Of a stretch of DNA of 64,000 bases, positions 35,739-47,164 are shown one piece after another; the stretch's first letter is position 1, and every line of letters begins with the position of its first letter. The position numbers and the translations under genes were made by a program. The notes below the pieces were generated by a model. It ran no database searches. It had not been told where the DNA came from and worked only from the letters and a program-made list of their open reading frames with translations. Source of the DNA: Williopsis jadinii (Eukaryota); NCBI GenBank assembly GCA_024346625.1, contig AP024667.1, forward strand, positions 930,001 to 994,000, in the 5' to 3' direction.

Positions 35739-38700
35739 ATGTCATCCCACCTGCCTCTTTTGCTCCATCCACTGTTGAATGCCATCTTCAACAACCCGAG
35801 CCCAGACGATTCCCCCCTGAGGGAGGTATATCCGCAGTTGCTGAACGGTTGGTCTGATGGGACGGTGATACTGATCCCACCATTGGATCTGTTGTTGAAT
35901 TACACTGAGCATGAGAGCGAGGTGCCCTATAGCGAACTGTGTTATTCACAGGACTTTGTCAAAGACCATGTGCTGGTGACTCAGGAGAACAAGAATGCTA
36001 AGCTGTTCAGGACTCTGAGCGATAAAGAAGTGCTCATAAAGAAGGATACCCTGTTCACAGGGAAAGGATTCAAGAAGTCGATAAGGCTGAATGTGCTGAG
36101 TTGTGAATACTTCCAGAACTTCACAGATTACTTCCCAAAGGGAAGACGGTTCATGCTCATGTACATAGACGGCACGTTGTTTGGAACACCACGCAGAACA
36201 ACGTCATTTGAACTGATTTCGCCTTCTACGAGTAAGACGATGCACGTTGTTCTGTCGGAGGATTCACAGGTGAAGCACGCTCCACGAGATGATGCCAAAG
36301 TCAAATGATACTGATGCCAGCAACGGTACAAGTGATCTTCAAGCAACACCGAGGTTTGAACAGCTTTTGAGAACTTTCCCGTTGATTGCAAAGAGCGTTG
36401 GGGAACAATACCAGGACTTATTCAGAACGTTTAGTGTTAGAGAGGCTCAAGACTTGGATTCCTTGATTTCACTGTTCCATGATGCTGTGGAACAGGCGTC
36501 TCTCATATTTGAGACTTTAAGTCCTGAATTGGTGCGGTTGATAATTGACGTCTCACCACATATAGATTTGAACGAATGTGTTCACAACTATGTCGAATTG
36601 AACTTGCACGACAAGATATGGAGAAGGCTCTGTGAATTATACCCTGATAGTATTGGAGATAAGTATCTTCTACTAACGAATATAAGCTTGAACCAGGTTT
36701 CATTGCCAGAGAAATTCAAGAGTGATCTCAAATTGCAGTCTATCTTGGAAAAGAAAATCACCAAGGCCATAGTTGAGTTTCAAAAACTGGAACTGACAAC
36801 TGATACCTCTTCTAAAATAGAAGTGTTTGTCAATACGATAGCACTGCTATCGAAAACTGATGAGATTACGATAGATGCAGATACTTTGGTGGGGCTTTTA
36901 CTCATTGTCGTTGTACAGACTGGAGTTCCGCAGATTGCAAACCATCTGCTATACGTTCAAAGTCTTTCCTACAAGGAGATAAACACTGGTATGATTGGTT
37001 ATTCGTTATCTACTTTCGAAGGGTTGATCTACTACCTGAACGATCACTCCAATTTGAAATCCCTGCTGAATTATTCAGAAACCAATAAAAGGGTATTTGA
37101 ATATATCGACACCAAGGAGTTGTTGAAATTGAAGCAGATTGCGGACTCCTTCAATGACGAATTTGAGTCTTCCTTGAAAAGTCGCACAGTTCAGGGAGAA
37201 TCCCTACTGATGCTGGCCATCCATTCTAACGACTACGATACTTGGAAATTGTTGATTGACTATGAAGAGATATTTCCATTGGAGGATATACTTGCAGATC
37301 AAACAGTCACCGACATCAATTTGTTGAATGCAGCGTTGAACTATGAAAACTTTGACATTATTGATGAGATTGTCGATATACTTCTCACGTCGTGTACCAA
37401 TGATGAACTCATACGGTACTTGAACATGAAAGACACTCATCACAGGACAATTGGACACTATCTGTTCCATTACCAATCTCTCATCCCCAAATTGGGCCCT
37501 TTCATCGACTGGACAATGAAAGATTTAAATGGACAGACACCTCTATTTGCCATCTGCAGAAGCTACGATGTTACAAACTACAATGAGCTTATTGAGACCG
37601 TTTTTAAGACTATTACCAAGTGGTACGACGATAACGGCTCGGAATTTGACTATGAGGACCATGTTGATTTGCGTGGGAACACCTTGTTGCATATTTTGAA
37701 CTCCAAGATTGACGTTTTATTGCAAAACAGAAGGGTCAATGTGAATGAGTCAAATAAAAAACGTCTTACACCTCTTATGGTTTATGCCAAATACAATAGG
37801 ATCGACAATGTTAGAGAGATCCTCAAACAACCGTCTGTTGAAGTGATGCAAGACTGACAAGCATTTCTTCACCTGTCTTGATCACTCAAAGAATTCTGTT
37901 GTTTCCCAGTTGATTGATACTCATTACCTAAATGATACCATCCAACCAGTGGATGCAAAACAACTGGGATTGATAAGGGTCAAGCTTGAGAATAACATAT
38001 GGAAAATCGTCATTAGAGCTCATTACGATGGAACTGAATACTTCATAACGCATCCCTTCAAGGACTTCAAGCACCTTGTCGAGATATTAAAGATGGAATT
38101 CCCAAATACATTCTTACCACTTGACTACAGCTTGAAGAATTTTGAGATGATTCTGAACTTTTCAAGTTTCAACAAGCTCAAGTTGAACAAGGTTATTGAT
38201 GATTTGAATATATTCCTCCAAGCGTTGCTATTCAATAAGCCCATGGCAAAGAGTGATGTATTATGGGAATTCCTCACACAGAAGGAATTTGACTACCTTG
38301 AGTCATCACAAAGGATCACTACACAGAGGCAAAAGTTGTTGAATGAGACGTGGAACGATATTGTTCTACAGCCAGAAGAGATCAGTGAGATCAATTTCTT
38401 TCTCAAATTCAGTGCCAAAGAGCTGATGAAGTTGAGAGGTTTATATGACAAGCTCTATAAAGTTGTTTGCTTTAAGTCAAGAAAGAGAATTGAGATCAAA
38501 TATGCCATGGAACTCTTTGCAGATGCTAGCTGTGGATCAAATCGTGAACTTGAGTACCTTTGCAAGATCTTACAAGATAGCGTGAAGGAGCTCAATTTTG
38601 ATGAGGAATTGTGTGATAAAGTGCTGTACCTATCCCTCTCGTGTGAGACAATGATTACTAGGATCAACGAATTGATGAACACCAAGATCTTCAGATGGTG

Positions 38701-39169
38701 GAAACTATACGGGGAGCTGATAGAGCTGAATAATACGTACAAGAAGTTCAAGTTTGTCGAGTTGAGGAAGACCCATGGAATTGAGCAGGCGAACGAAGTT
38801 GCTGGGCTGGTTGACGTTAATGAAGAGAGCTTCCAGGATTTGACCTCATCTACAAGCTTTGATAGCACTTTGACTAAGACGACAAAGAAACCGAAACCGG
38901 GATTCTTGACGAATTTCATAGAGTCCAAAAGGAGTAAGTTTGAAGGTAAACTCTTGACTAGTTTGAAATCGGTTAAACATGAGTTGTCAGCTTTGAATAA
39001 GGATATCAAGTTCAACCATGAAGCTATTGCTATGGAGATGAACAACTTTGTAAACTTCAAGACAGATTTCTTGAAGTTGATTATCAAGAAGTACGTGAAA
39101 AGACGGATTCAAGACACAAAGTTCTCCACATTAATGTTAGAGAGAGGGTTATCGGACGTGCGTTTATAG
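35739..39169 (+). pseudogene. VRL1: Vrl1 (VPS9 GEF + ankyrin + PX-BAR; YML003W/YML002W ortholog) interrupted by two +1 frameshifts
   Basis: ORF1 35739-36308 (HLPLLLHPLLNAIF...NFTDYF), ORF2 36289-37857 (VPS9 IDADTLVGLL, ankyrin GQTPLFAICRSYD, GNTLLHIL, LTPLMVYAKYNR), ORF3 frame open from 37847 to 39169 (PX, LQPEEISEINFFLKFS); each successive frame is +1. Confidence 0.85.
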
Positions 39170-39259
39170 ACATTTATCTAAGAGCAGAACGGTGGTGAAT
39201 AAGATACACAGGCTGTAGTTAGAGCTGAAGTAACCAAAAATATAGAAGCCGTGAAAGTC

Positions 39260-40315
39260 TTAATTTCCACTGTTGTTTGCACCAGAGCCTTCACTGGAAC
39301 CTGAGCCAGTACCAGCACCAGCACCAGCACCACCTTGCATGAACTGGTTGGCCAAGTTTCTAAGCATTGGATTGTTCATCAAGGAGTTCAAGTCTGGCAT
39401 CTGGCCGTTTCCAGCACCAAAGTTCTGAGCCATTTGGGAAAGAGCAGGGTTGTTCATGAGGTTACTCATGAGGTTTGGATCTTGCATCATCTGCTGAGCA
39501 ATTGGGCTATTGAGTATACCTTCAAGTCCGCCGGCACCACCCAACATGGAAGCCAAGCCGCCCAAATCTGGTAATCCACCAGCTCCGGCACCAGTGCTGG
39601 AGTTGGCACTGGCACTGGCACTTGGTGTAGATCTGTCAGTGGTGGAAGGCTGCTCAGGAGCAGCCACGTTCAAAGACTCCTCCACTTTCTTCTTTGCAGT
39701 TTCGTAACCTTTCTTCATGGACTCCGTTGGCTTGTCTCCCTCAGATTCCATGCCCTTCTTGTAAGCCTCGAGAGCGTCCTTTGGCTTCCCTAGCGCGTAG
39801 TACGCAAGCCCTAGTCTTGAGTAAGCCTTAGAGTACGATGGGTCGATGGCAATGGCAGCATTGGCATCCTCAATGGCCTTCTCGTGGTCTCTCAAAGAAG
39901 AATAGGCAGCAGCCCTGTTGGACAAGTAGATAACATTCTTAGGGGTCAGCTCAAGAGCCTCTGTGTACTTATCAACGGCGCCTTGGAAGTCCTTGCGGGC
40001 CATGGCCTTGTTACCTTCGAGCTTCAACTCGTCCGCTTTCTTCACAACTTCCTCGTCATGCTCCACGTGAACAGGAACTTGTGCCTCGCCGGCTGGCTCC
40101 TGGTCCTTGAACTCGGAGAGGATCTCCTGTAGCGATTTGCCGCGGAAGGACGTCTTCACAGTGGCAGAGTCCTCTTCTTTGTTGACTTCAAACGCATCGG
40201 CAATACAGTCGATAGCCACGTCAATGGAATCGACATAATCCTCGTTCACTTCCTTCTTCTCCACGGAGGATTTGAGAAAGTTGATGATTTGCAAAGCAGT
40301 TTCCTTTGTAGACAT
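39260..40315 (-). CDS. SGT2: TPR co-chaperone Sgt2 (GET pathway)
   Basis: DSIDVAIDCIADAF dimerisation domain; TPRs LKLEGNKAM, YLSNRAAAYS, YSKAYSRLG; M/N/Q-rich STI1 tail. Confidence 0.97.
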   Translation of the reverse strand: MSTKETALQIINFLKSSVEKKEVNEDYVDSIDVAIDCIADAFEVNKEEDSATVKTSFRGKSLQEILSEFKDQEPAGEAQVPVHVEHDEEVVKKADELKLEGNKAMARKDFQGAVDKYTEALELTPKNVIYLSNRAAAYSSLRDHEKAIEDANAAIAIDPSYSKAYSRLGLAYYALGKPKDALEAYKKGMESEGDKPTESMKKGYETAKKKVEESLNVAAPEQPSTTDRSTPSASASANSSTGAGAGGLPDLGGLASMLGGAGGLEGILNSPIAQQMMQDPNLMSNLMNNPALSQMAQNFGAGNGQMPDLNSLMNNPMLRNLANQFMQGGAGAGAGTGSGSSEGSGANNSGN

Positions 40316-40431
40316 GGTTTGTGAGCTTTGATGAGTCCGTTCAACTGAGATCAATCGTTTAGAAGCTCAACAGGAGATGGTGGTGGTGATAGTGAACGGA
40401 GCGATGCCTGTTTTGCCTGCGTGGGTTTTGT

Positions 40432-40449
40432 GGAAGCTTCTGGAGAGAA
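40432..40449. promoter_or_regulatory. Heat-shock-element-like nGAAnnTTCnnGAG upstream of SGT2
   Basis: gGAAgcTTCtgGAGaGAA about 120 bp upstream of a co-chaperone gene. Confidence 0.35.
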
Positions 40450-40549
40450 AATGCGCGGGTGATGAGTGTGGTGTCTGGGTGTTTTGCTGACTAAGCATAT
40501 GGGTGCTGTGCAAGTTGGCAAATAGTGAGCATCTTTGTGTCATAATCTG

Positions 40550-40641
40550 TTCCTCGTGGCCCAATGGTCACGGCGTCTGGCTACGATTCAGTAGTTACTT
40601 CTGAAACCAGAAGATTCCAGGTTCGACTCCTGGCGGGGAAG
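40550..40641 (+). tRNA. tRNA-Arg(ACG) with 19-nt intron (40587-40605)
   Basis: TTCCTCGTGGCCCAATGGTCACGGCGTCTGGCT-ACG-A [intron] ACCAGAAGATTCCAGGTTCGACTCCTGGCGGGGAAG; B box GGTTCGACTCC; oligo-T Pol III terminator follows. Confidence 0.95.
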
Positions 40642-42165
40642 ATTATTTTTTTAATTTTTTACTTAGGGGAGAGGGTATCTTACGTAAGCAGCACGTATAT
40701 TCTTCTGCTTGGATAGTGAGCTGTTAAGCAACGTGGTTGTTTAGAAGAAGCACTCTGTGGTGGTTATAGCTTGTTGTTTTGTTGTGTTTAGCTGTAATGT
40801 GCTGGGGGTCTCGTTGCCATGAGGTTTATAGAACAGATGGACCGCAATATCTTTTTAAAATTGACCGAAGAGAGGAATCAGTGCATGCTCGGAGAACTTT
40901 CTCCATGGAAATGTGATTCAAGTTACTGTTTACCGGGTCTGTAGTAGACGCTGGTGGACGTATTCTCCTGTATGCTGTTCTGTCAATTGTTCTAATCTCT
41001 ATTAAAAAACTAGCGTTGTTGGTGGAAACGATACACGAAAGGTGTAATAATGGCTTCAACCTTAAAGTTGGTATCGGCATATGAATGTTGACCACTATTT
41101 GTCATTCAGTGATATGCCATTACAAATTGTATCAAAATATACTTGGTTTCTCGAACTTACGTGTTTCTTTATCTGTTCTAATATAGGTTCGAAATAATAT
41201 ACTCAATTTCAAAGCATTTTTATAATCTTGGATATTCTACAAAATATTTAACCAGTGAAGATACTTGGAGATATTTTTTGCAAAAAATCAAATATTGCCT
41301 TTTCAGCCCTGAATTTTGAATAAATATAGACATCCACAGGATTCATATAACAGACTACAAGATCCACATGGATTTGGCCATTTCCTTGTTGAGAAGATGG
41401 CCCTGGTTGTTGTATTTAACCGGCGAGTTAAAACCCATCCGTACACCAGCTGTTTTGAGTAAAGTTCACGCCCTGCATCAAACGACAGAGGAGGATATAA
41501 AGGTTTGCAACATCTAACTCTACCAACCGTGATGTAATCTCACATAAGGCACATGTACAGAGTGTGAATTTTATCAGTGAGTGAGTCATATGCTTCCAAC
41601 AGTTTGAGTGGAGGAGTGAACCATGGCTGAAGAGACTTTATCAGTTGTCAGGGTGTCAAGATGTGCATCTTCACAGGCTTTTTACCTGATATGTTCTCAA
41701 GTTTATTAGAACAGATCTTGAAATGTCAAGTTGGTTTTCGTATTAGATTGATGGTACAGTAGATTCTCAGTCAAATTTACCTTGGATTGCTTGTAATCAA
41801 GGCAATTCCAGGCATTATTCTTGGAATCGAGTATAGTGCGAAATCTCCTCTGCTTCTTGTATACCAAGCTCTAGTTCGCCATCCTTATTCACCTAGCTGA
41901 GAATGACAGTACGCGTCACATGTTTCATTTCTGATGCTCTTACGATTCAAAGAGACTGAATACTTTCAGAAAAGACCTGGTCTCAAGAGAGATAGCCGAA
42001 ACTTGCCAGATTTCCATGTAGTCTAAACAAATTGTTTTAACAGAATATATGCACCGTGGTTTACCCATCTGCTTTCTCCCAAATCACAACTATCCATACT
42101 GCAACGCTAACAGTGTAGATACCTCTTCCTTGAATGTATGTGTATTAACTATACATGATGCAGAC

Positions 42166-43197
42166 TCACAAAGAAATACCTCTAGCCTTCAAGACCTGTT
42201 GGAAGCCGTCTACAACTTGTTTCTCTAATGGCAAGAAATCATATCCACCAACAAGCTCCCTTGTCTTCTCATTGGAGAAACCAATTGAAACAGCAGTATC
42301 TTCTTGCTCACCTTCCGAGACTTGACCCTTGAGTTGTGGAAACTTTTCAAGAACAATGTTCAGCACTTCTTGTTCAGAGTAAAGGTTGCTAGCAGGGAAG
42401 AGACGGTGGCCTTCAACATTGGATCTCTCCAAGGGGATAATGTGGAAAGCAGCAACATCACGAGCATCTGACGAGAGTAGACGAACATCGTTGACAAATT
42501 TCTCACCTGGCTTGGTGTCCAAAATCTTTGTAAACACCTGGTTTGACTGGTTGAGGCTACCAGAGGCATCCTCATCAAAGACTTGCGGTCCGATAATCAT
42601 TGGCGGACACACGGTGGTCATAGTGAAGTTCACATCATTGTTCTTAACAAAATTCCAAGCAGCCTCCTCGGCAAGCTTCTTTGAGACGCAGTAGGCGAAT
42701 TCGTCGTGCGTGGCATCCTTTTTGGTCATTGGGTTCCACACGTCCTCGGTGTGAATGAAAGTTGGATCATGAAGCCTTGTAGCGTTCATAATACTGGCAA
42801 AGGAAGACGTTACAATAACTTTTCTAACTTTCAGACCATGTGCCTTGATGGACTTCAACACACCTTCAGTACCGTTGATAGCCGGGGTGTAATAGGCCTT
42901 TTCAAAGTCGGCATAGCCCATAGTGAACGGAGAAGCTGTATGAATCACAGCTTCAATCTCTGGATATGCCTTAAAAGTCTGGTCAAAGGCATTCGGCTCT
43001 GCAATGTCTGCAACCAATGAAAAGCACAAGTTGTCAGCTTTGGAACCAATTTGGCTCTTGAAGTTTCTCAATAGCTTGTCAGCTTTGTCCTGTGATCTCA
43101 CAGAGCCAACAACTCTGTAGCCTTTGTCCAAGAGCTGGCTGATGATGTGAAGCGCAAGGTAGCCAGAGGCACCAGTGACAAGAACTGTGCCAGCCAT
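42166..43197 (-). CDS. NADPH-dependent methylglyoxal/aldehyde reductase, Gre2/Ari1 family SDR
   Basis: VLVTGASGYLA, VIHTASP, VTSSFAS, catalytic YCVSKKLAE, PPMIIGP; ATG at 43197. Confidence 0.92.
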   Translation of the reverse strand: MAGTVLVTGASGYLALHIISQLLDKGYRVVGSVRSQDKADKLLRNFKSQIGSKADNLCFSLVADIAEPNAFDQTFKAYPEIEAVIHTASPFTMGYADFEKAYYTPAINGTEGVLKSIKAHGLKVRKVIVTSSFASIMNATRLHDPTFIHTEDVWNPMTKKDATHDEFAYCVSKKLAEEAAWNFVKNNDVNFTMTTVCPPMIIGPQVFDEDASGSLNQSNQVFTKILDTKPGEKFVNDVRLLSSDARDVAAFHIIPLERSNVEGHRLFPASNLYSEQEVLNIVLEKFPQLKGQVSEGEQEDTAVSIGFSNEKTRELVGGYDFLPLEKQVVDGFQQVLKARGISL

Positions 43198-44562
43198 CGT
43201 GTCTCCGTATAAACAGTTCCTTGATTGAGATGTGATGATCCAAGTGAGCACACAGCTACAAACGTCAACTGTGGTTGTAATATTGGAGTCTCAGATTGAT
43301 ACATCAACACAACTTGTCACGACTACAATGAGGAAGCAGGAACTTGGTGTATTTATACTTCTGTCGTTATCCAATTATAGTACAGTTTTCATTTCTTTTT
43401 CCAGAACCTTCAGTGTATCCTGCTGAAACTCTCCTTAACTGTAGAGAGAGGTGTACGTCCATTGACATTGCGCTTTGAGATGTATTAATAAACCACATCC
43501 ACCAGCAAACAGCTTTACATGCGGTATACGCCGTTGCCACACCAACAAATGCACAACGCACATGTGCATATGCACGTCTGCATAAGGCGCGCCTCTAACG
43601 GAGAATCTGTTGCCGTGAGCCCAATTGCAAGCCGTCCGATGAGGCAAGTATCAGTACCTGGTAGGGTAGAGCGTGTGTTGGTGGCCGGAGACTACGAGGA
43701 ACGTGCTTACATAGCATCTCTCTCATGCTGGCTGGAATATTGGGATGTATTACGACGAGGGAAGTGCCCTTGAGCACCTAGCGAATGTGGACTGTCCCCG
43801 TGTGAGGGCACACTGGGAGGAGAAGCCTTGTCCTACGCTGCTTCTCATGTGCTGTGCTCATCAGTGGGAAGCACCTCTACGAGAGGCCAACGTTCTGTAA
43901 AGGGTCAAGCAAGACTGCTGGGCCGTGATATCTTTTCTACGTTGAGCTGAGGCAGGCCCGTTATAGGCCAATCAATGGCGAGATGTCTCATCTATAAGCC
44001 TTTGAATGGCAATTGTAGCTGTAATTGCCCCTGATGAGCATCGCCATCTCCCCATAGCCTAGGGGAATCAAGTAGTTAGCAAGGCAGAGACAGTAAAACA
44101 GTGCAAGAGGTTTCCAGCACTCCGTCATGGCCCACGGCTCGTGACACACACACCGTCTCTTCACTACCAGAAGTACTTTGTATTCGAGAGTGGATGACTT
44201 CAATGGGTTGGGACACCGTTGTAGGCTGGTGAAGTGGTGATGCCAGTGCGGATTTCGGCTAATGCGTCACGGGTAGGCGAATTCTGAGGAGGTGGAATAG
44301 AGATGGAACAACGGTGGACGGTTCTTTCCCCTGAGTTTGGAACCAGCGTGCTTGGATAGAAGCTATACAGTCCTGTACAGGCTACAACAATACACTGTGG
44401 AAAACAAAGAAAGCATCTAATCCATCTGTCTGCTCGGTTGAAGTGGTGATGCTCCTTCTCCCTGAGTCTACGCGAGACATAATTATCAACACGTAGACAT
44501 GTAGATAAACATACAGATAAACATACAGATAAAACAACGACAACGGAGCATTCTACTCCAGT

Positions 44563-46608
44563 TTACTTTTTCTCAAGGAGTTGTGCAATTTTCTCCTCGA
44601 GAGCTTTGAGTCTCTCGTCCTTCTCTAAGTTCGCAGCCTCGAGTCTTGTGACAACCTTTTCAAATCCATCAACGACTTGGGACAATTTCTCTATGGTGCC
44701 CTTCAAGGTCAATGGTTTGGAGGCTGTCTCAGTGGATGGCTCTGCAGGTTTAGTCTCCTTTGGTTGTTCGTTTGGTTGTTCGTTTGGTTGCTTTGGTTGC
44801 TGCTTTGGCTCAACCTTTGGCTCAACCTTTGGCTCAACCTTTGGCTCAACCTTTGGCTCAACCTTTGGCTCAACCTTCTTTGGCTCAACCTTCTTTGGCT
44901 CCTCCTTCTTTGGCTCCTTCTTTGGCTCCTCCTTCACCTGCTCTGGCTCATCATCCCATGCAGAATCCTTATCCTCCTTTGGTTCCTCTTCATCACCGTC
45001 CAGATCAGCAGCTTTCTTCAACAATGAGTTAACCTCATCCTTCTGGAGTAGATCGTCAACCTTGGACTTTGGTGGTGTCAAAGTAGAACGTTCAACTGGT
45101 TCTTCCTTCTTTGGTTCGTCCTTCTTCAATTCCGGCTTAGACGATGGTTTAACAGTTGCCTCAACCTTGTTGTAGATATCCTCCATCGAAACCAGGAGTG
45201 GACCATCAACGTCCTTCCCACCGAACCACTCATCAGCACTCAATGCTGGTTTATCAGATGGAGCATCCGGATAAATATCATCCTGGAAGAAATCTGCCTT
45301 TCTTGGAACGATGAAAGAGATCGGTTCAATCAGAGAATCACTAACAGTCTTGTACACCTTCAAAACTTCATTCTCAGCAATGTTGACGGTTCTCTTTGGT
45401 GCTACTGCTAAACCTCTCTGAGCATCCGTGGACTGGAACTCTGACAATGGGAAAAGCTCATCGTCTTGGAACTCAAAGTAACGGATGTTACCATCACCTT
45501 TACCACCCACGTACAGGATATTGTTCGAGTCGTCGTAGAATGGGATCAGGATACCAGCAGAAGAGTCAATTGTGTAGAAGCCACCAATTGGACCAGCACC
45601 AATGTTGGAAGAATCCCAAACAGCCATTTGTCTATCAGATAGCTTGGAGAACCCAGTGGTACCAACACGGTCAGTGTTACCTAACCAAACCACCCTGGAA
45701 GCCTTTGCACCAGAGTGGCCAGCACCTTCGCTGATGATCTTGTTGGATCTGATATCCCAGATACGAAGCTTACGGTCACGAGACGTAGTTGCGAGCAAGT
45801 TACCGTTGTAGTTGAAGGCAAACGACGTCACCAAATCGTTATGTTGTAAAGTAATCTTATCCGTACCAGTCTCAACGTCCCACAGCTTAACGGTGTAGTC
45901 CAAGGAGGAGGAGGCTGCAACGTTTTCACTCGTTGGATGGAAGGAAACATGCCCAACCTTTCTCTTGTGACCGGAGTACAGGGCCACTGGCGAGACATCC
46001 TTGATGTTGTCGTCATCGTCAACGTAGTGGTGGAAGGAATAATCTTCAGGCACCTTCCACAGTCCAATCTTGGTATCATCGGAACCAGAGATGATCACAT
46101 TGTCGTTGAATGGGTTGAAATCAGTGTCCAATACTGTGGCTGTATGGCCTCTGAACAGGGGAACCTGATCTGGAGCCTTACCAACCTCACCAATTGGAAT
46201 CACTGCAAAGGCACCACCACCGGACGCGTTCCAATTGACAGAGATGTACTTGCCATTTGCCTGTTGAGCCACTTGTTAGTATCCACTGGACGTAGCTGAA
46301 GATGAGTCACATACCTTTATCAAGTTAGAATCCCACGCGTTGGTTGAAACCCTGATGTTATCGTAGCACAGCTCCTTCTTAGCAGGCTGGCCGTACACGT
46401 GACGGTACTTTGAGGCACGAACAAATCTACCACTGTTGTGTTCGGTGTGTTAGTACAGGCAGCCCATACTGGGTAGAACACACGATGGGTGCCCATCGTG
46501 TGTCCAGCCCTCCATCTCCTCCTCCCTCCACTGTCCACCCCTTGAGCCTCCAGAGGCTCTCTAGCTGTCAGCAGAAGAGACAAGAGCATTCCACCACACA
46601 TACCTCAT
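44563..46608 (-). CDS. CRN1: Coronin; 3 exons (46608-46604, 46432-46315, 46260-44563)
   Basis: Splicing two GTATGT..TACTAAC..CAG introns (46603-46433, 46314-46261) restores MSGRFVRASKYRHVYGQPAKKELCY...AWDSNLIKANGKY; WD40 propeller and C-terminal coiled coil. Confidence 0.96.
44759..44935. repeat. Coding minisatellite (12/15-bp units) encoding EPKK/EPKV/QPNE repeats in coronin
   Basis: Tandem tttggctcaacc units and related variants. Confidence 0.9.
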
Positions 46609-47164
46609 TTTCTCGATTTCCTTTCAACAACCTGTGCGAGTATGCTCTCTAATGACACCGATCTAAGGCCAATTGAGCACCCGTTCAGAGCGAAACATGG
46701 GTGTGTGTACCTTCCCTTCCTCCAAAGATTGCACCACTGTGCCCGGGGAGGGTATACCGTGGTGTGCGGGTGTTTTGCGGTTACGAGCGCGCGCAGCACT
46801 TTTAGCTTTTTTTTGTTTTTTGCTGGCCCAACCAGTTCGCGATGCCCTTCGAACAATTTTCGCATCGCAAGCGGAAAAGCCCACACGCTCATCGATCAAC
46901 AAAACCCAGCGGTTTGAGTCCTCAGATCGATAGTTTTACACACGGGTGCCCAGCCTGTTGATTTGTTGTTGCTGTTGTTGGAAACATTCACTTCGTTATA
47001 CCGTGGCTTGAGGCTCTGCCGAGTGTCCGCTGAGAGAAGAGAAGAGAACGCGTGTGTTGATACAGAATCACGGTGCGGTCTTACAGTATACGCTTGTGCG
47101 CTTTGAGGTGTTGTTGTTGTTGTTGTTGTTGTTGATATAACCGTCGTTTAAAAGAGAAACTGGG

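Noticed and set aside
36232..36343. Intron (GTAAGA..TACTGAT..AAG) that could rescue VRL1 frameshift 1
   Set aside because: It would restore the frame, but all three signals are non-consensus, nearer AGs would be skipped, and it cannot explain frameshift 2; not fully excluded
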